DNA from: Octopus sinensis
Taxonomy: Eukaryota
Reading direction: 5' to 3'
DNA: 64,000 nt
Assembly: GCF_006345805.1 (NCBI RefSeq)
Contig: NC_043006.1
Coordinates: forward strand, 63,178,001 to 63,242,000
Position numbers and translations under genes: made by a program. Below, piece after piece: positions 12,786 through 25,642 of the stretch (the stretch's first letter is position 1; every line of letters starts with the position of its first letter). The notes under the pieces are model-generated. The model worked only from the letters and a program-made list of their open reading frames with translations, did no database searches and was not told where the DNA came from.

Positions 12786-13386
12786 TTCGACACACACACA
12801 CACACACACAGAAGGGGAGAGAGAAAGAGAGAGAGAGTTTATATGAGATGTATATTGCCGAGATGCATGTTCAGTAATGATCGAACATATCTTTGTATTA
12901 AGTGCCATAAAGCGATTTGCAGTTAAATATATCTTTAGACATTAGAGGAAATAATTAGAGAAGCATCATAAGTGGGAAACATCTCTGAATAGAAACCGGT
13001 TCGCAGATTCGCTCGCCAGATGCAAACAACAAAGCCTCTTAATAAAATCTTACATTTCACAAACTATACACGATCTTTTACAACTTTACAGTGTATAATT
13101 ATGCAATATGCATTACATCAGATATCGACATTCAGTGCGCTATGATTATTAAGTGTGACGTTTTCAGAAAGGAAAGAACCACCTAAGAATCAAAACTGAA
13201 GTTCTTAGATCAAGTTTAAAGTTCTCAACACATTCTGATCAAATTACTATTCAATAATACAATCCGATTGCTGATGACAAGACCCATGTACATTGTTTGC
13301 GAGTTCATTCCACGCTACAAAGAATATTCCTGTGATAGTTTATTTATTTATTTCCACCGTATTTCTAAAACATATACAAACAGAAA

Positions 13387-13803
13387 ACTCTTACTCTTTA
13401 CTCTTTTACTTGTTTCAGTCATTTGACTGCGGCCATGCTGGAGCACCGCCTTTTAGTCGAGCAAATCGACCCCGGGACTTATTCTTTGTAAGCCCAGTAC
13501 TTATTCTATCAGTCTCTTTTGCCGAACCGCTAAGTGACGGGGACGTAAACACACCAGCATCGGTTGTCAAGCAATGCTATGGGGGACAAACACAGGCACA
13601 CAAACATATACACACAAATATATATATACATACATATATACGACAGGCTTCTTTCAGTTTTCGTCTACCAAATCCACTCACAAGGCATTGGTTGGTCCGG
13701 GGCTATAGCAGAAGACACTTGCCCAAGATGCCACGCAGTGGGATTGAACCCGGAACCATGTGGTTGGTAAACAAGCTACTTACCACACAGCCACTCCTGC
13801 GCC
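13387..13803 (-). mobile_element. SINE family A, full length
   Basis: Reverse complement of 8193-8613. Confidence 0.92.
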
Positions 13804-13830
13804 TATAAATTTGCATCAAGTAGCGACATA

Positions 13831-16800
13831 CAAGGCGGTATCAAAAGGTTTCCGGACTAGTTATGTTTAATAAAAATTACATATTTACTTAATCTTTAAC
13901 ATCATCTCCTTCGCAATGGTCACCCTGCGCACCAAAACATCGGTCCCAGTGTGCCTACCACTTTTGGAATCCAGCTTGGAAGTAGTTTTCCGTAAGCGCA
14001 TCGAGGACCTTCTGCGATTCGCTCTTGATCCCGACAACGGCGACATTTGAGCTGCATTTTCATCGGTTAATATAGGGCGTAACAAATATCAGAAAATCAA
14101 AAACAAAATGTGTGTAATAGGTGTAAAACAACTTCCTATGAACGAATATGAAAAGGGGGGTGGGGGAGAGGCCTCGGAAAATTCACATCGGGAAGTTCCG
14201 AAAGCGTCTGAGGGGCTGACCCGGGCACCAAAACAAAAAAAAATAGTGTAATATGTGTAAAACAACTTGCTCTAAACGAATATGAAAAAAAAATGCGCTC
14301 TCGAGAAAGAGGGGTGGGGGAGAGGCCTCGGAATATATCGGGAATTTCCGAAAGCGTCTGAACCGGGCACAAAAACAAAAACAAAAACAGCGTAATAGGT
14401 GTAAAACAACTTGCTCTAAACGACTATCATGAGAAAAATGCGCGCTCGCGAAAGGGGGGTGGGGGAGAGGCTTCGGAAATTTCACATCTTCAGTCCACGG
14501 CCTTTAAACTAAGAAAAAATAGTGTAATTGGTGTAAAACTACTTGTTCTAAACGAGTATCAAGAACACACACTCACACATGAATCATAAACTCCGTATTT
14601 CGCAAAAAAAAAAAATAAAGAGAAGAAATTCTGGAAAAAGTGAAGAAATGTTGGATCTCATTCCTTGGTTAAAGCTATTTTAAACATTAAATTTATGCTT
14701 TTCTTTGAAATAGTTCAGATATATGCAATTCTTCTCACTTATTAAGATGCATTTATCAGAAAAAATTATTATTTTGTGTCAATCCTTCCCTAATTATCCT
14801 TTATTAATTAGTTTTGGCGTGTATTTTTTTCCCAAATTTTTCCCACTGTTTAGTAAAGCAATTAATTATCTTTATAATTTGCATATTTGACTTATTAATC
14901 AAAATTCTCTAGATGTAATATATACTAAGTAATGCATCCTTCATTTATGTGTTCCGTTCTGTATTATGCATGCGTGACTGTTTGTATGTAAGTGTGTTTA
15001 ACTGTGCACATGAATGTGAATATTAAAGAACATATTTATTTACTATGATTGTTATTTTCAGAACAAATAAATCTTTTGGCTGTTATGTTATTGATGTTAT
15101 TATTATTGCTAGTTAAAGGGTGGTGACTTGGCTGAATATTTTGAGTCTTGTAGTATGTAGTTGTGTTAGTCAATATTCTGAGTTCAAATCCAACTCATTT
15201 TTTATCATCATTATCGATGGACCACTCAAAGAGGTATGTATACATTATCATTTTCGTAACATAATTTCTGTAGTATTTCAAGATGTTTCTGACACGTATT
15301 TTGATTCACATGGCGGAGATCCAACATTTCTTCACTTTTTCCAGAATTTCTTCTCTTTATTTTTTTTTTTGCGAAATACGGAGTTTATGATTCATGTGTG
15401 AGTGTGTGTTCTTGATACTCGTTTAGAACAAGTAGTTTTACACCAATTACACTATTTTTTCTTAGTTTAAAGGCCGTGGACTGAAGATGTGAAATTTCCG
15501 AAGCCTCTCCCCCACCCCCCTTTCGCGAGCGCGCATTTTTTTCATGATAGTCGTTTAGAGCAAGTTGTTTTACACCTATTACGCTGTTTTTGTTTTTGTT
15601 TTTGTGCCCGGTTCAGACGCTTTCGGAAATTCCCGATATAAATATTCCGAGGCCTCTCCCCCACCCCTCTTTCTCGAGAGCGAATTTCTTTTTCATATTC
15701 GTTTAGAGCAAGTTGTTTTAACAATATTACACTATTTTTTTTTTTTTGGTGCCCGGGTCAGCCCCTCAGACGCTTTCGGAACTTCCCGATGTGAATTTTC
15801 CGAGGCCTCTCCCCCACCCCCCTTTCGCGTGCGCGAATTTTTTTTTTCATATTCGTTCATAGGAAGTTGTTTTACACCTATTACACACATTTTTTTTTGG
15901 ATTTTCTGATATTTGTTACGCCCTATATTAACCTTTTCATCTTGGGGAAGAGATGTAAGTCCGTAGGTTTTAAATATGGCGAATAGGGTGGGTGCGGAAG
16001 CGATTCTATATTGTTTTTGGCGAGTAACTCGCGATTGAGGAGAGCTCGGTGACAGAGTACATTGTCGCCGTGAAGAACCCAATTCTTCGTGCTCCACACA
16101 TCCGATCGCCTTCGCCGAATGTCCTCCCTGAAACACTTCAAAACTCTCGATCGACGGTCTGGCCTTAGGGTGCAAATTCTTGATGCACAATACCGCGAAC
16201 ATCGAAAAGAAAGGTGATCATGTTCTTGATCGAGCTGCGGTTCTGTCGTGCCTTATTCGGTCGTGGAGATGAAGGGCTCTTCCATTGTGAGGACTGCTGC
16301 TTCGACTCACGATCGTACCCATAGACCCAACTCTTGTCACCGGTGATGATCCTCGACATGAAGGATGGGTCACCAGCGACACACAAACGGAGATCTTGAC
16401 AAACTTCGACGCGATGTTCTTTCTGCTCAGACGGGGTCAAACTTGGCAAAGATACGCTGCATGTTCAATTTAGATGTTAGGATTGCCTGCACGTTCTCAT
16501 GCGACACACCATCATCTGCAATGTCGCTGATTGTCCTCCAATCATTCTCATGACTAAGCTGATGAATTTTCTCCCCATTTCCGGGTTTGATGGCTCATCG
16601 TCTTCCAGGGACGTTCTTCTACTTTTGAAGCACCCGTGTCACTCGAACCAGTGCCTACGACCCATAGCCTCATCGTCGCAAGCTTGCCAAAGCATACTCA
16701 ATATCTCTGTAGCAGACCTCTCGAGTTTGACGCTAAATTTCACGTTGGATTTTTGTCCCAAATTCCTATCCATGACAAAATCGCAGACTACAGCATACAG

Positions 16801-16860
16801 GTACTAGCATCCGTTGGCACGCTGCCGAACTAACCCATGAAAATTTTGATACAACCGCCT
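13831..16860 (-). mobile_element. Mariner (DD34D) transposon, pseudogenised and interrupted by a nested element
   Basis: TA|caaggcggtatcaaaa TIR with decayed partner near 16830-16860. Minus frames give IITGDKSWVYGYD, LHGDN, HPPYSPYLKPTDLHLFPKMK; the C-terminus (FQKW..WDRC..QGD..EGD) resumes below 14064. Confidence 0.9.
14065..15933. mobile_element. Non-autonomous Merlin-like DNA transposon with ~600-bp TIRs
   Basis: TIRs 14065-14659 and 15316-15933 start GGTTAATATAGGGCGT; exact 8-bp TSD ttttcatc at 14057-14064 and 15934-15941; TIRs built from ~130-145-bp tandem units. Confidence 0.8.
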
Positions 16861-16888
16861 ACAAAGGTTTTATTTAAAGTTCAGTATA

Positions 16889-17267
16889 TTACTCTTTTAC
16901 TCTTTTACTATTTTACTCTTTTACTTGTTTCAGTCATTTGACTGCGGCCATGCTGGAGCACCACCTTTAATCGAGCAACTCGACACCGAGACTTATTCTT
17001 TTGTAAACCCAGTACTTATTCTATCGGTCTCTTTTGCCGAACCGCTAAGTAACGGGGACATAAACACACCAGCATCGGTTGTCAAGCAATGCTAGGGGGA
17101 CAAACACAGACACACAAACACACACACGCATATATATACATATATACGACGGGCTTCTTTCAGTTTCCGTCTACCAAATCCACTCACAAGGCTTTGGTCG
17201 GCCCGAGGCTATAGTAGAAGACACTTGCCCAATGTGCCACGCAGTGGGAATGAACCCGGAACCATGT
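16889..17267 (-). mobile_element. SINE family A, 5'-truncated
   Basis: Homologous to 13387-13803. Confidence 0.9.
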
Positions 17268-19940
17268 GAAAAATCTTAACTATATGAGAAAAATTACATT
17301 AGTGCATGAGTGGCTATATGGTGAAAGGGTTCACGTCACAAATACGTGGATGTTGTGGAACAAACATTAGTGAATTACTAGTACACTAATAGATTAGTAG
17401 ACTACAACATAGCGCATTGCAACAACTTCACCGATATTGTTATAAAAGATCAAGCACTCAACCAAAAGTACTTATTTATTACAAATGATATATACTAAAA
17501 CAAATGCATCTTGTTTACAGAACGGATAACTGCATAATTATATAAAGAAACTTATAAACAGAACACATAATCAAACTGCACACTGTATGTCAGAAAATAT
17601 TACGATAACACGAGAATGAAAATATTTTTCATTAACACAAAAGCACAACCCAACAAACCACAGAGCATTTTTCAGATTACTCATGCAATTTCTAAATTCA
17701 AGTCTAAACATTAAAGTTGTAAATTTCGTGAATCAAACTACTGTGTATGAAGTTTCTTTCATATGATTTACTGGAATGATAACAGCCAGGATAATCCCAT
17801 TGAAGTTTGAACCAGAAATCTACCATCAAGTATATATCTTACGTTCCCTATCACCTCTTGTCGATATATCCGGAAGAAATAGTTCACTTAGCTTAATTCC
17901 CCCAGCTGTAATAGATCTTGATGGTCACGTTACATCCATGCAAATTAATACAAGGTATTAATGTCCTCTATGAATAGTTGCAACAAAAAAAATGTTTAAA
18001 ACTCCGAAATTAAAGATTATGCGCTGCACTCAGTGTAGTCCATTGAATATATGCTGTAATTCCAAAGCTAGAACTGATGGAGCAAATATTTTCCAGAATG
18101 GCTATAACTAATACGTCAACTAAATGTATTTTAGTCAAGTTCTTGTAATCGTATACATTTTCACAGTTATTATCAAAATAATATGATGGTATATCGTAGA
18201 ACAAAAGCACTGTTGTAATAAACAGAAACTAATGTGATTTTGAACACAGCACCCTCCAAGTTAGTCAAAGACAAGTCTCAGATATTAGTTAGTATAAAGT
18301 ATATTGCGCTGTGTAATGGGAGAATGGACTGGTGAAAATATAGATGAAAATGGCATTTAAATAGAAAGGATATGAAAGTTGTTATTAAAAACGTTATAGT
18401 TTCAAGCAACATTTGATGTTACAACATTCAGTGTTTCCGGCGAAAGGTTTCAAACTTACATTAATGATGTATGATTAGTTGAGGCTAAAAATAAAAAAGA
18501 TACGCAATTTAATGTGTATCCCTGATGATATTGGTATTTTTATTTATATTTTCATATTCCTACAACTGTTGTAGTTACTTTTACCGCCAATTCACGATTT
18601 TGTTGCCAATTGTTTGTTGTTTGTTTTATATGGAGATGTTATTGCTTTAAATATTTCTTATTTCCTCTTTCAACAATCGAATCATTACATAATTTTATCT
18701 TTTAAAGTCTGTTATCGATTACATTGTTTGTTTATTTTTTTTCTTATCAAACTACACCATATTGCACTCCTCACTTCTCTTCACTCACTTCTTATCGATA
18801 CGTTTATTCATTTTTTATTTATTTATTTATGTTTATGCTCCTTTTTACGCTTTTTTCTATTCACTTTAAATCTTGTTTTTGCTTCTATTGATTTATTTAT
18901 CTTCGTTGTTTTTCTCCACACACAGACACACTGTGTGTTGTTATTGTGTTGCCATTTCCACATTTCCTCATTCATTTGTGGCTATCGTTGTCAGCAAATG
19001 TTAACTAAAGATCATCAATTGCCGTAAGTTATTCTACAAATGATGACAATAAAAAATAAACTGTATTAACAAGCTATAACAAACATGATGGATAGCTTCT
19101 GGTTATATTTGTCAGCTTTTGATATAAACTATAACCAAACATAATACGTTTAGTTAGATAGCACAGCTGTACATATTTGGTTTAAAGAGTTCATTAATCC
19201 ATTTTTTTCTCTCTATCGTTTAATGTGTTACTGAGTTCGTTCTCTGATCGATAATGTGTAATAAAACAAAGAAACTTTTGATAGTATTTCCTTCCTGAAA
19301 ATGATAAATAAAAGAAAAGAAAAAAATCAAATCTCACACATTTTACTTCATTCAAATCTTGATATAAACGCATTCGTCAAAAGCGTTAATTCGATTAGTG
19401 AAGCATTGAGTTCAACTTCGAATGTTGTTTGTTTATTCTCTTAAGATTCTGCTTTAATAAACTCGGTAATGAATAAACGATGAATTTTGGTAAAAGTCTA
19501 AACCGACAGTTAACAGAGTCGGTGATCTTATTTTAAGATCCGATTGTTATGCCGCTAAAATCATAATTCACTTCTTTCAAAAATCCTATTCTGAGTGCGC
19601 AGCCATGTTTATGAGGTTCAAGGTTCTATCTGCGTGATACATTGGGCAAGTGCCATATACTACATACGAGAGCTGTGAGTGGAATTTCATAGCTGGAAAC
19701 TACTCATTGCACGCACATACACACAAACGTACACGCAGACACTCACATACACACATACATACATACAAAATTTTCGATCTGCGTAATTGAATTGGTAAGA
19801 TTATGCAAAAAGAAAATCCCCTCCACTCTTTATTTTTTTTCATTCGGGGTTTTAAAATACAGACAGTCCAAATTCACCATTCGTCTCTGTTTATAATTTC
19901 CAAATAATTTTTTACTACTTTTATGGAAGAAAGTCAATTG

Positions 19941-20028
<88 letters not shown>

Positions 20029-20488
20029 GAGACAGATAGAGAGAAGGAGAGAGAGAGAAGGAGAGAATTTATATGAGATGTATATTTCCGAGATACATGT
20101 TCAGAAATGATAGAACATATATGTCTATTAAGTGCCATAAAGCCATTTGTAGTTAAATATATTGTTAGACATTAGAGGAAATAAATACAGAAGCATCATA
20201 AATGGGAAACATTTTTCACATTATTTTTCACATAATCCTGGACTTTATATGTGAAATACCAGTGACATGCTGTATGTCCAACAACAATATTAGCAGACAG
20301 ACAGCCGTGCAGTGGTACGACATATAGTCCAAATCGACGAAAGCCTGATTTTTAAGAGGAAAAATTAAGCTGGAAGAGTTTTGAATATTTGTGATTGTCG
20401 TAACCGACAGTGTGCTAGTTTTTATGTGTGTACGTGCGTTTATAAAGATATAATTGAAACAATACGTATATATACACACATACATATA

Positions 20489-21770
20489 TCAGGTCATCCC
20501 ATAAGTTCTGTCCGATTTTACATTTTTTTAAAATAAAATGAAATTTAATAGTATTTTAGAATGTTTAATGGAATTAAAATTATTTATATGCATTTGTGTA
20601 CATTTAAACTAATTAAATATTATTTTATAGAATAATAGAATTGAAATTTATTTGATTAATACCCTCTCTAGCATGGAAGTATCCAAAGAGCATTTAAGGC
20701 ACATAATGCTTTATGAGTACAAAAAAGGAAACTCAGCAGCCGAAGCGACTCGAAACATGCACTCAGTTTATAGGAAAGAATACTTGAATAAAAGAACTTG
20801 CAGAAGATGGTTTTCACAATTCAGATGTGGAGATTTCAGCCTTGAAGATGAAGATCGAACAGAACGTCCAGTTGAGTTTGATGATAATCTCCTTGAGACA
20901 TTATTTGGAGAAAATCCTGCATTATCAGTTGAAGAATTGGCAATAAAGCTTAGTTCAAACCACACAACAGTTCATTATCATATAACTTAGAAAGGTTCCG
21001 AAACTTAGAAAATGGGTGGCTCATGAATTGTCCGAAAGCAATCACATATCCCGAGTTGACATCTGCTCTTCTCTCCATTCACGCCTACTCATTTCACCCG
21101 TTTTGGATAGACTTGTGACTGGTGACGAAAAATAGATCTTTTATCGAAATGGTAAATGTTGTGAACAGTGGCTTGGTAAAAGGAAGAAAACTCAACCACA
21201 ACCGAGAAGGGAACTTCACAGGAAAAAGTTCTTCTCTCTATCTGGTGGGGTTGCAAAGGAGTAATTCAATTTGAATTGTTACCAGCTAATGCAATAATCA
21301 ATGCTCAAGTCTACTGTCAGCAATTAGAGCGTTTGAACCAAGCTTTGAAGAAAAAGAAGACCCGCGTTAGTGAATCGAAAAGGCGTGATGTTTCATCAGG
21401 ACAATGCGCGACCCCACGCTACAAAGATCATATCACAGAAGATCAAAGACCTTGGTTGGTTGGGAAAAAATTCTCATCCACCTTATTCTCCCGACCTTGC
21501 TCCTTCAGACTACCATTTGTTTCTTAGTTTACAGAATCATTTGGGGGACATAACTTTCGCAAGCCAGGAGGAGGTCGAAACTGACATTCCAGAGTTCTTC
21601 GCTTTGAAACCAAAAGAGTTTTACATTCATGGGATTAAAAAGTTTGTAAATAAATGGAAGAAAGTCATAGATAATCAAGGAAAGTACATTGACGAATAAA
21701 TTTCAATTAAGTATAACATTTGATCACTTGTCTTTATTCAAAATTCGGACTGGACTTACAGGATGACCTG

Positions 21771-21771
<1 letters not shown>
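20489..21771 (+). mobile_element. Full-length mariner transposon with disrupted transposase
   Basis: TA-flanked TIRs tcaggtcatcccataagttctgtccga / tcggactggacttacaggatgacctga; MEVSKEHLRHIMLYEYKKG..., WVAHEL, VTGDEK, HQDNARPH, HPPYSPDLAPSDYHLF; frameshifts. Confidence 0.95.
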
Positions 21772-21824
<53 letters not shown>

Positions 21825-21965
21825 CGTTATTATTGTTCACTGATATTTTTTCCTATCTTGCCTTTAACAGATGTGTGACTATTCGGTGGTACGGAAGTAT
21901 TTTTTGACTTCTATCATTAGCGATATAGGTACTCATGTAGTACCCTTGTGTATATATGTACATAT

Positions 21966-22248
21966 ATAATATTGTATGTATCTGTAAATTAATAGGTTAC
22001 TATTATTCAATAGCCAAGATAAAGCTCTGAGTTTCGGATGCCGAAGTGGAAATCCACAACACCATCTCTTCGGTTATCTGGCCAGATAACCGAAGAGATG
22101 GTGTTGTGAATTTATCGCAGTTTTATCTTGGCTATTGAATAATAGTAACATATTAATTTACAGATACATTTTCTCTATTTACATAATATTGAGGTCTCTT
22201 TCTTTCTTTTGTTATCTTACCGTTTTTACCAATAAATAATATTGTATG
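21966..22248. mobile_element. PLE-type terminal fragment with inverted partial copy, hammerhead motif and 13-bp flanking direct repeat
   Basis: Perfect 54-bp palindrome 22055-22108 inside longer arms; ataatattgtatg at 21966-21978 and 22236-22248. Confidence 0.7.
22014..22081 (-). ncRNA. Degenerate type I hammerhead ribozyme motif
   Basis: Minus strand reads ccagataa-CCGAAGA-gatg...catc-c-GAAAC-tcagag-ct-ttatcttgg. Helices I, II and III pair; core U4 and the cleavage-site U are mutated. Confidence 0.65.
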
Positions 22249-22334
22249 GATATATTTTATTAATTTGCCTGTACGGCTAATAATTCGCTTACCACTTGTG
22301 TTGGTATTTTAATAATATCATCCCTATATTTATT

Positions 22335-22367
<33 letters not shown>

Positions 22368-22412
22368 AATTAAAAATGAGGGTGTCTGAGAGACACCACC
22401 ATGCCGAAATAG

Positions 22413-22929
22413 TTTTTTTATTGACTGATTTTTATTCCATTATCCTAATAGCTTCTGAAACTTATGCATATACATGTGTAAATGCATACATAAACATACA
22501 AATATATACACACACTCATACATTTTTATATACATTTAAATATCGATATTATCCTCATTTATAAATTTATATATATATATATATATATATATACAACAAA
22601 TACTAATGGTGTGGATTTTCTAAAAGCTCTTTCAGGGACAAAGTTATCACAATGAATTCCAATTTAATCGGAATTTACTTGATCTGAAACATATTTGTAG
22701 AAAAGAAATATCTAATTTTCTCAAGGTTATGAAGAAACAAATCTTTGGGGCACAATTGTGTAGATATGCCGAAATATTTATATATATACAAGGTTGTATA
22801 TAAAGCTAACTCTGTAAAAATGTATGAGTGTGTGTATGTATTTGTATGTTTATGTATGCATTTACACATGTATATGCATAAGTTTCAGAAGCTATTAGGA
22901 TAACGGAATAAAAATCAGTCATAAAAAAA
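22413..22929. repeat. Inverted repeat, ~115-bp arms, ~285-bp spacer (MITE-like)
   Basis: 22413-22528 mirrored by 22815-22929. Confidence 0.85.
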
Positions 22930-23569
22930 GATTTCCCAAAAATATATTTCCTTAATTCTTAACTACTGTTTCTGGCACTCATATTTCCACAACTTTGATT
23001 TTGAAGCATTTAAAAAATTATTTGGAAATTATAAAGAGAAATGGTAGATTTGGATTGTCGATATTTTAAAACCACGAATTTAAAAAAAAATTGTGATGTG
23101 TCAAATTTTTATTCCAGAAGTTCATGGCTTCATTGGAATAAGCATGGAAAACTGCATCAAGATAAAGAATTTTCAGATTTCAAGGAGGGTGTCATTTGTG
23201 ACTCGAAGGGCCAAAAGGCTTTGGCCTAAGTAGGTTGAGAACCTTTGTTCTATAGTATGGTAGCAACTTGCCTCAAAAGAACTGTTCAGGCTCAAACAAT
23301 GATGAAGAAATGTCTTATAAACGTTGCGATGCAAGGCGAAGTGTCAAAATTGTTGAATATTAAAATATCAGTTAGGCGTTAAGACAGCGGAATGAACTTT
23401 CAAATACAAAAGACAAACAGAACAAAAGTAGAAACGTTTTAATTTTAGAAAACTTCAAAATGCTTCATTAAGCATTATGAAGCAAATTCAAATAATAAAC
23501 TCCAGCTGGCATCAAATGAATGAAAAAAATAAATCTCATAAAATGGAACGAATTCGGCTCACAAGGCTT

Positions 23570-23735
23570 AGGCGTGGCTGTGTGGTAATCCCACTGCTTA
23601 GTACCTTGGGCAACTGTTTTCTACTATAACTGCGGGCTGACAAAAGCCATGAGAGTGGATGCCGTAGACGAAAACTGAAAGAAATGTGTGTGTGTGTATG
23701 TGTATGTGTATATGTTTGTATGTGTATATGTGTGT

Positions 23736-23796
<61 letters not shown>

Positions 23797-24000
23797 TTTG
23801 TCATCCTCTGCCATTTGACAACTGATGTTGGTTTGTTTACTTCCCCGTAACTTATCGGTTCGGCAAAAGACACCGATTGAATGAGTACCAGGCTTTAAAA
23901 TGTAAGTACTGGGGTCGATTCAATCGACTAAAATTTTTTCAAGGTGGTGCCCCAGCATGACCACAATCTAATGACTGAAACATGTAAAAGATAAAAGATA
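23570..24000 (+). mobile_element. SINE family A, diverged
   Basis: Head, (TG)n and 3' tail recognisable. Confidence 0.85.
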
Positions 24001-24845
24001 CAAAAGCATCAAACATATTATATATATTGATTTTCGCTTCGATTGATTTTTCTTTTGAATTTTTTGCTGTTCCTTTGACTAAGTTGCAACATCACTTGAA
24101 ATTCTATGCGAGATGTGAAGAAAAACCAATTATTCCTTATATGATCCTATATAAAATTATAATTGTTATATGGAAATATAAGTTGATGCTTAATTTTCTG
24201 TCTTGTTGTTTAGCCAGCAGTATTCCAGCCATATCTATTCCACCTATATGTCAGCAATAGAACTATCCAATGTGTTTTACATAGTGAAAATAAACGGTGA
24301 AATAAAGCTCACATAGAGCTCCTCTATTTTCTATGTAGTCTTATGTAATATAGTGAATACGTTGGGCAGCCTGTAGCTTTTTACAGGTTCCTAGTTAGGT
24401 GAGATCAATCATGTACCAGCCTAAATTGAAGTTACAAATCGAGTGCGTAAGGAATACGCGGGTATTCCTTGCTCAGATCAAGAAAACAGATCAAGAGAGG
24501 AAGAACGTTGCTTAACGTGTAAGCATGGAGTTTAACTGACATGTAACAGAGATGATGAAAGGAGAAAATTGAGCTGTTAAGTCCTGGATTAAAGATATTC
24601 CAGCCCTGGCCGTCCCACCTATTTAAGTGTATGTATACCTACATATTACTTGAGTCCTGCCATTTTTAAGACATCAGGATATGCTTGAGGAACATCTAAG
24701 AGGCATCATAGAGGCTCTTTCATCTCGGCGAAGCCCGACATAGCCATATATAAGGCACAAAGTAGGGACACCTCGGAGTAGTGGTAACTGTTCCTGTTTT
24801 TTACACCACCGAGTTCAAATCTCGTTGAAGTCAACTTCCCTTTTC

Positions 24846-25642
24846 ATCTTTTGGGAGTCGTATTAGGGGTTGATTTTTTCTCTTTCTCTTTCTCTCTCAG
24901 GTTCTCTCTCTCTCTCTCTTGTTCTCCCTTTCTCTCCCTTTCTCTCCCTTTCTCTCACTCTCTCTTTCTCTCTCGCGTTGCTCTCCCAGAGTTAGCTACG
25001 CTTCGCAGTGAGATGGTTTTGTGGTACCATTCCTCCAGAAAGGGAGGAGCGTTGAACGAGAGACAAGAAATCCAATTTTATACAGCATGCCACAAAAACC
25101 GTCTGGAGACTCTGGAGAATGTGGTGAATATAAACGGACAAAGTTATGTATTAGTTTTCTCCCCACTACTTAAATATTTATTCCTCACATTGCACAAAGT
25201 TAGACAGGAGATACACAATCGATTGCGTTTCAGCCTTGTAGGTAAACGAAATTTATTTTTTTGACCCAAAAGTTTTGAGCAGCGAAGGTAGTTTCAGTGG
25301 GAATCGATTTCACATGATATAAAAAACCTCAATGCATTTTGTCCAGCTACCTGGTATTTCTGCTACAGTCGTGTCCTCTTATTTCGGAAATATTGATTTC
25401 TGACGTTGGCACAAGGTCTCATATTTTGGAGAGAATGTATAGATAATTTTTATCTTTTGGGAGTCGTATTAGGGGTTGATTCTTCTCTTTCTCTTTCTCT
25501 CTCAGGTTCTCTCTCTCTCTCTCTCTCTCTCTTACTCTCCCTTTCTCTCACTCTCTCTTTCTATCTCGCATTGTTCTCCCAGAGATAGCTACGCTTCGCA
25601 GTGAGAGGGTTTTGTCGTACCATTCCTCCAGAAAAGGAGGAG
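24846..25642 (+). repeat. ~200-bp direct repeat pair (24846-25049, 25452-25642)
   Basis: atcttttgggagtcgtattagggg...cattcctccagaaa.ggaggag occurs twice. Confidence 0.9.

Noticed and set aside
14114-14560. Regularly spaced repeats resembling a CRISPR array
   Set aside because: The spacers are themselves homologous, the context is eukaryotic, and the units are part of transposon TIRs.
21870-21930. ttaacag|ATGTGTGAC as the next GPCR exon
   Set aside because: Translation MCDYSVVRK lacks the expected GLGFRRG motif.
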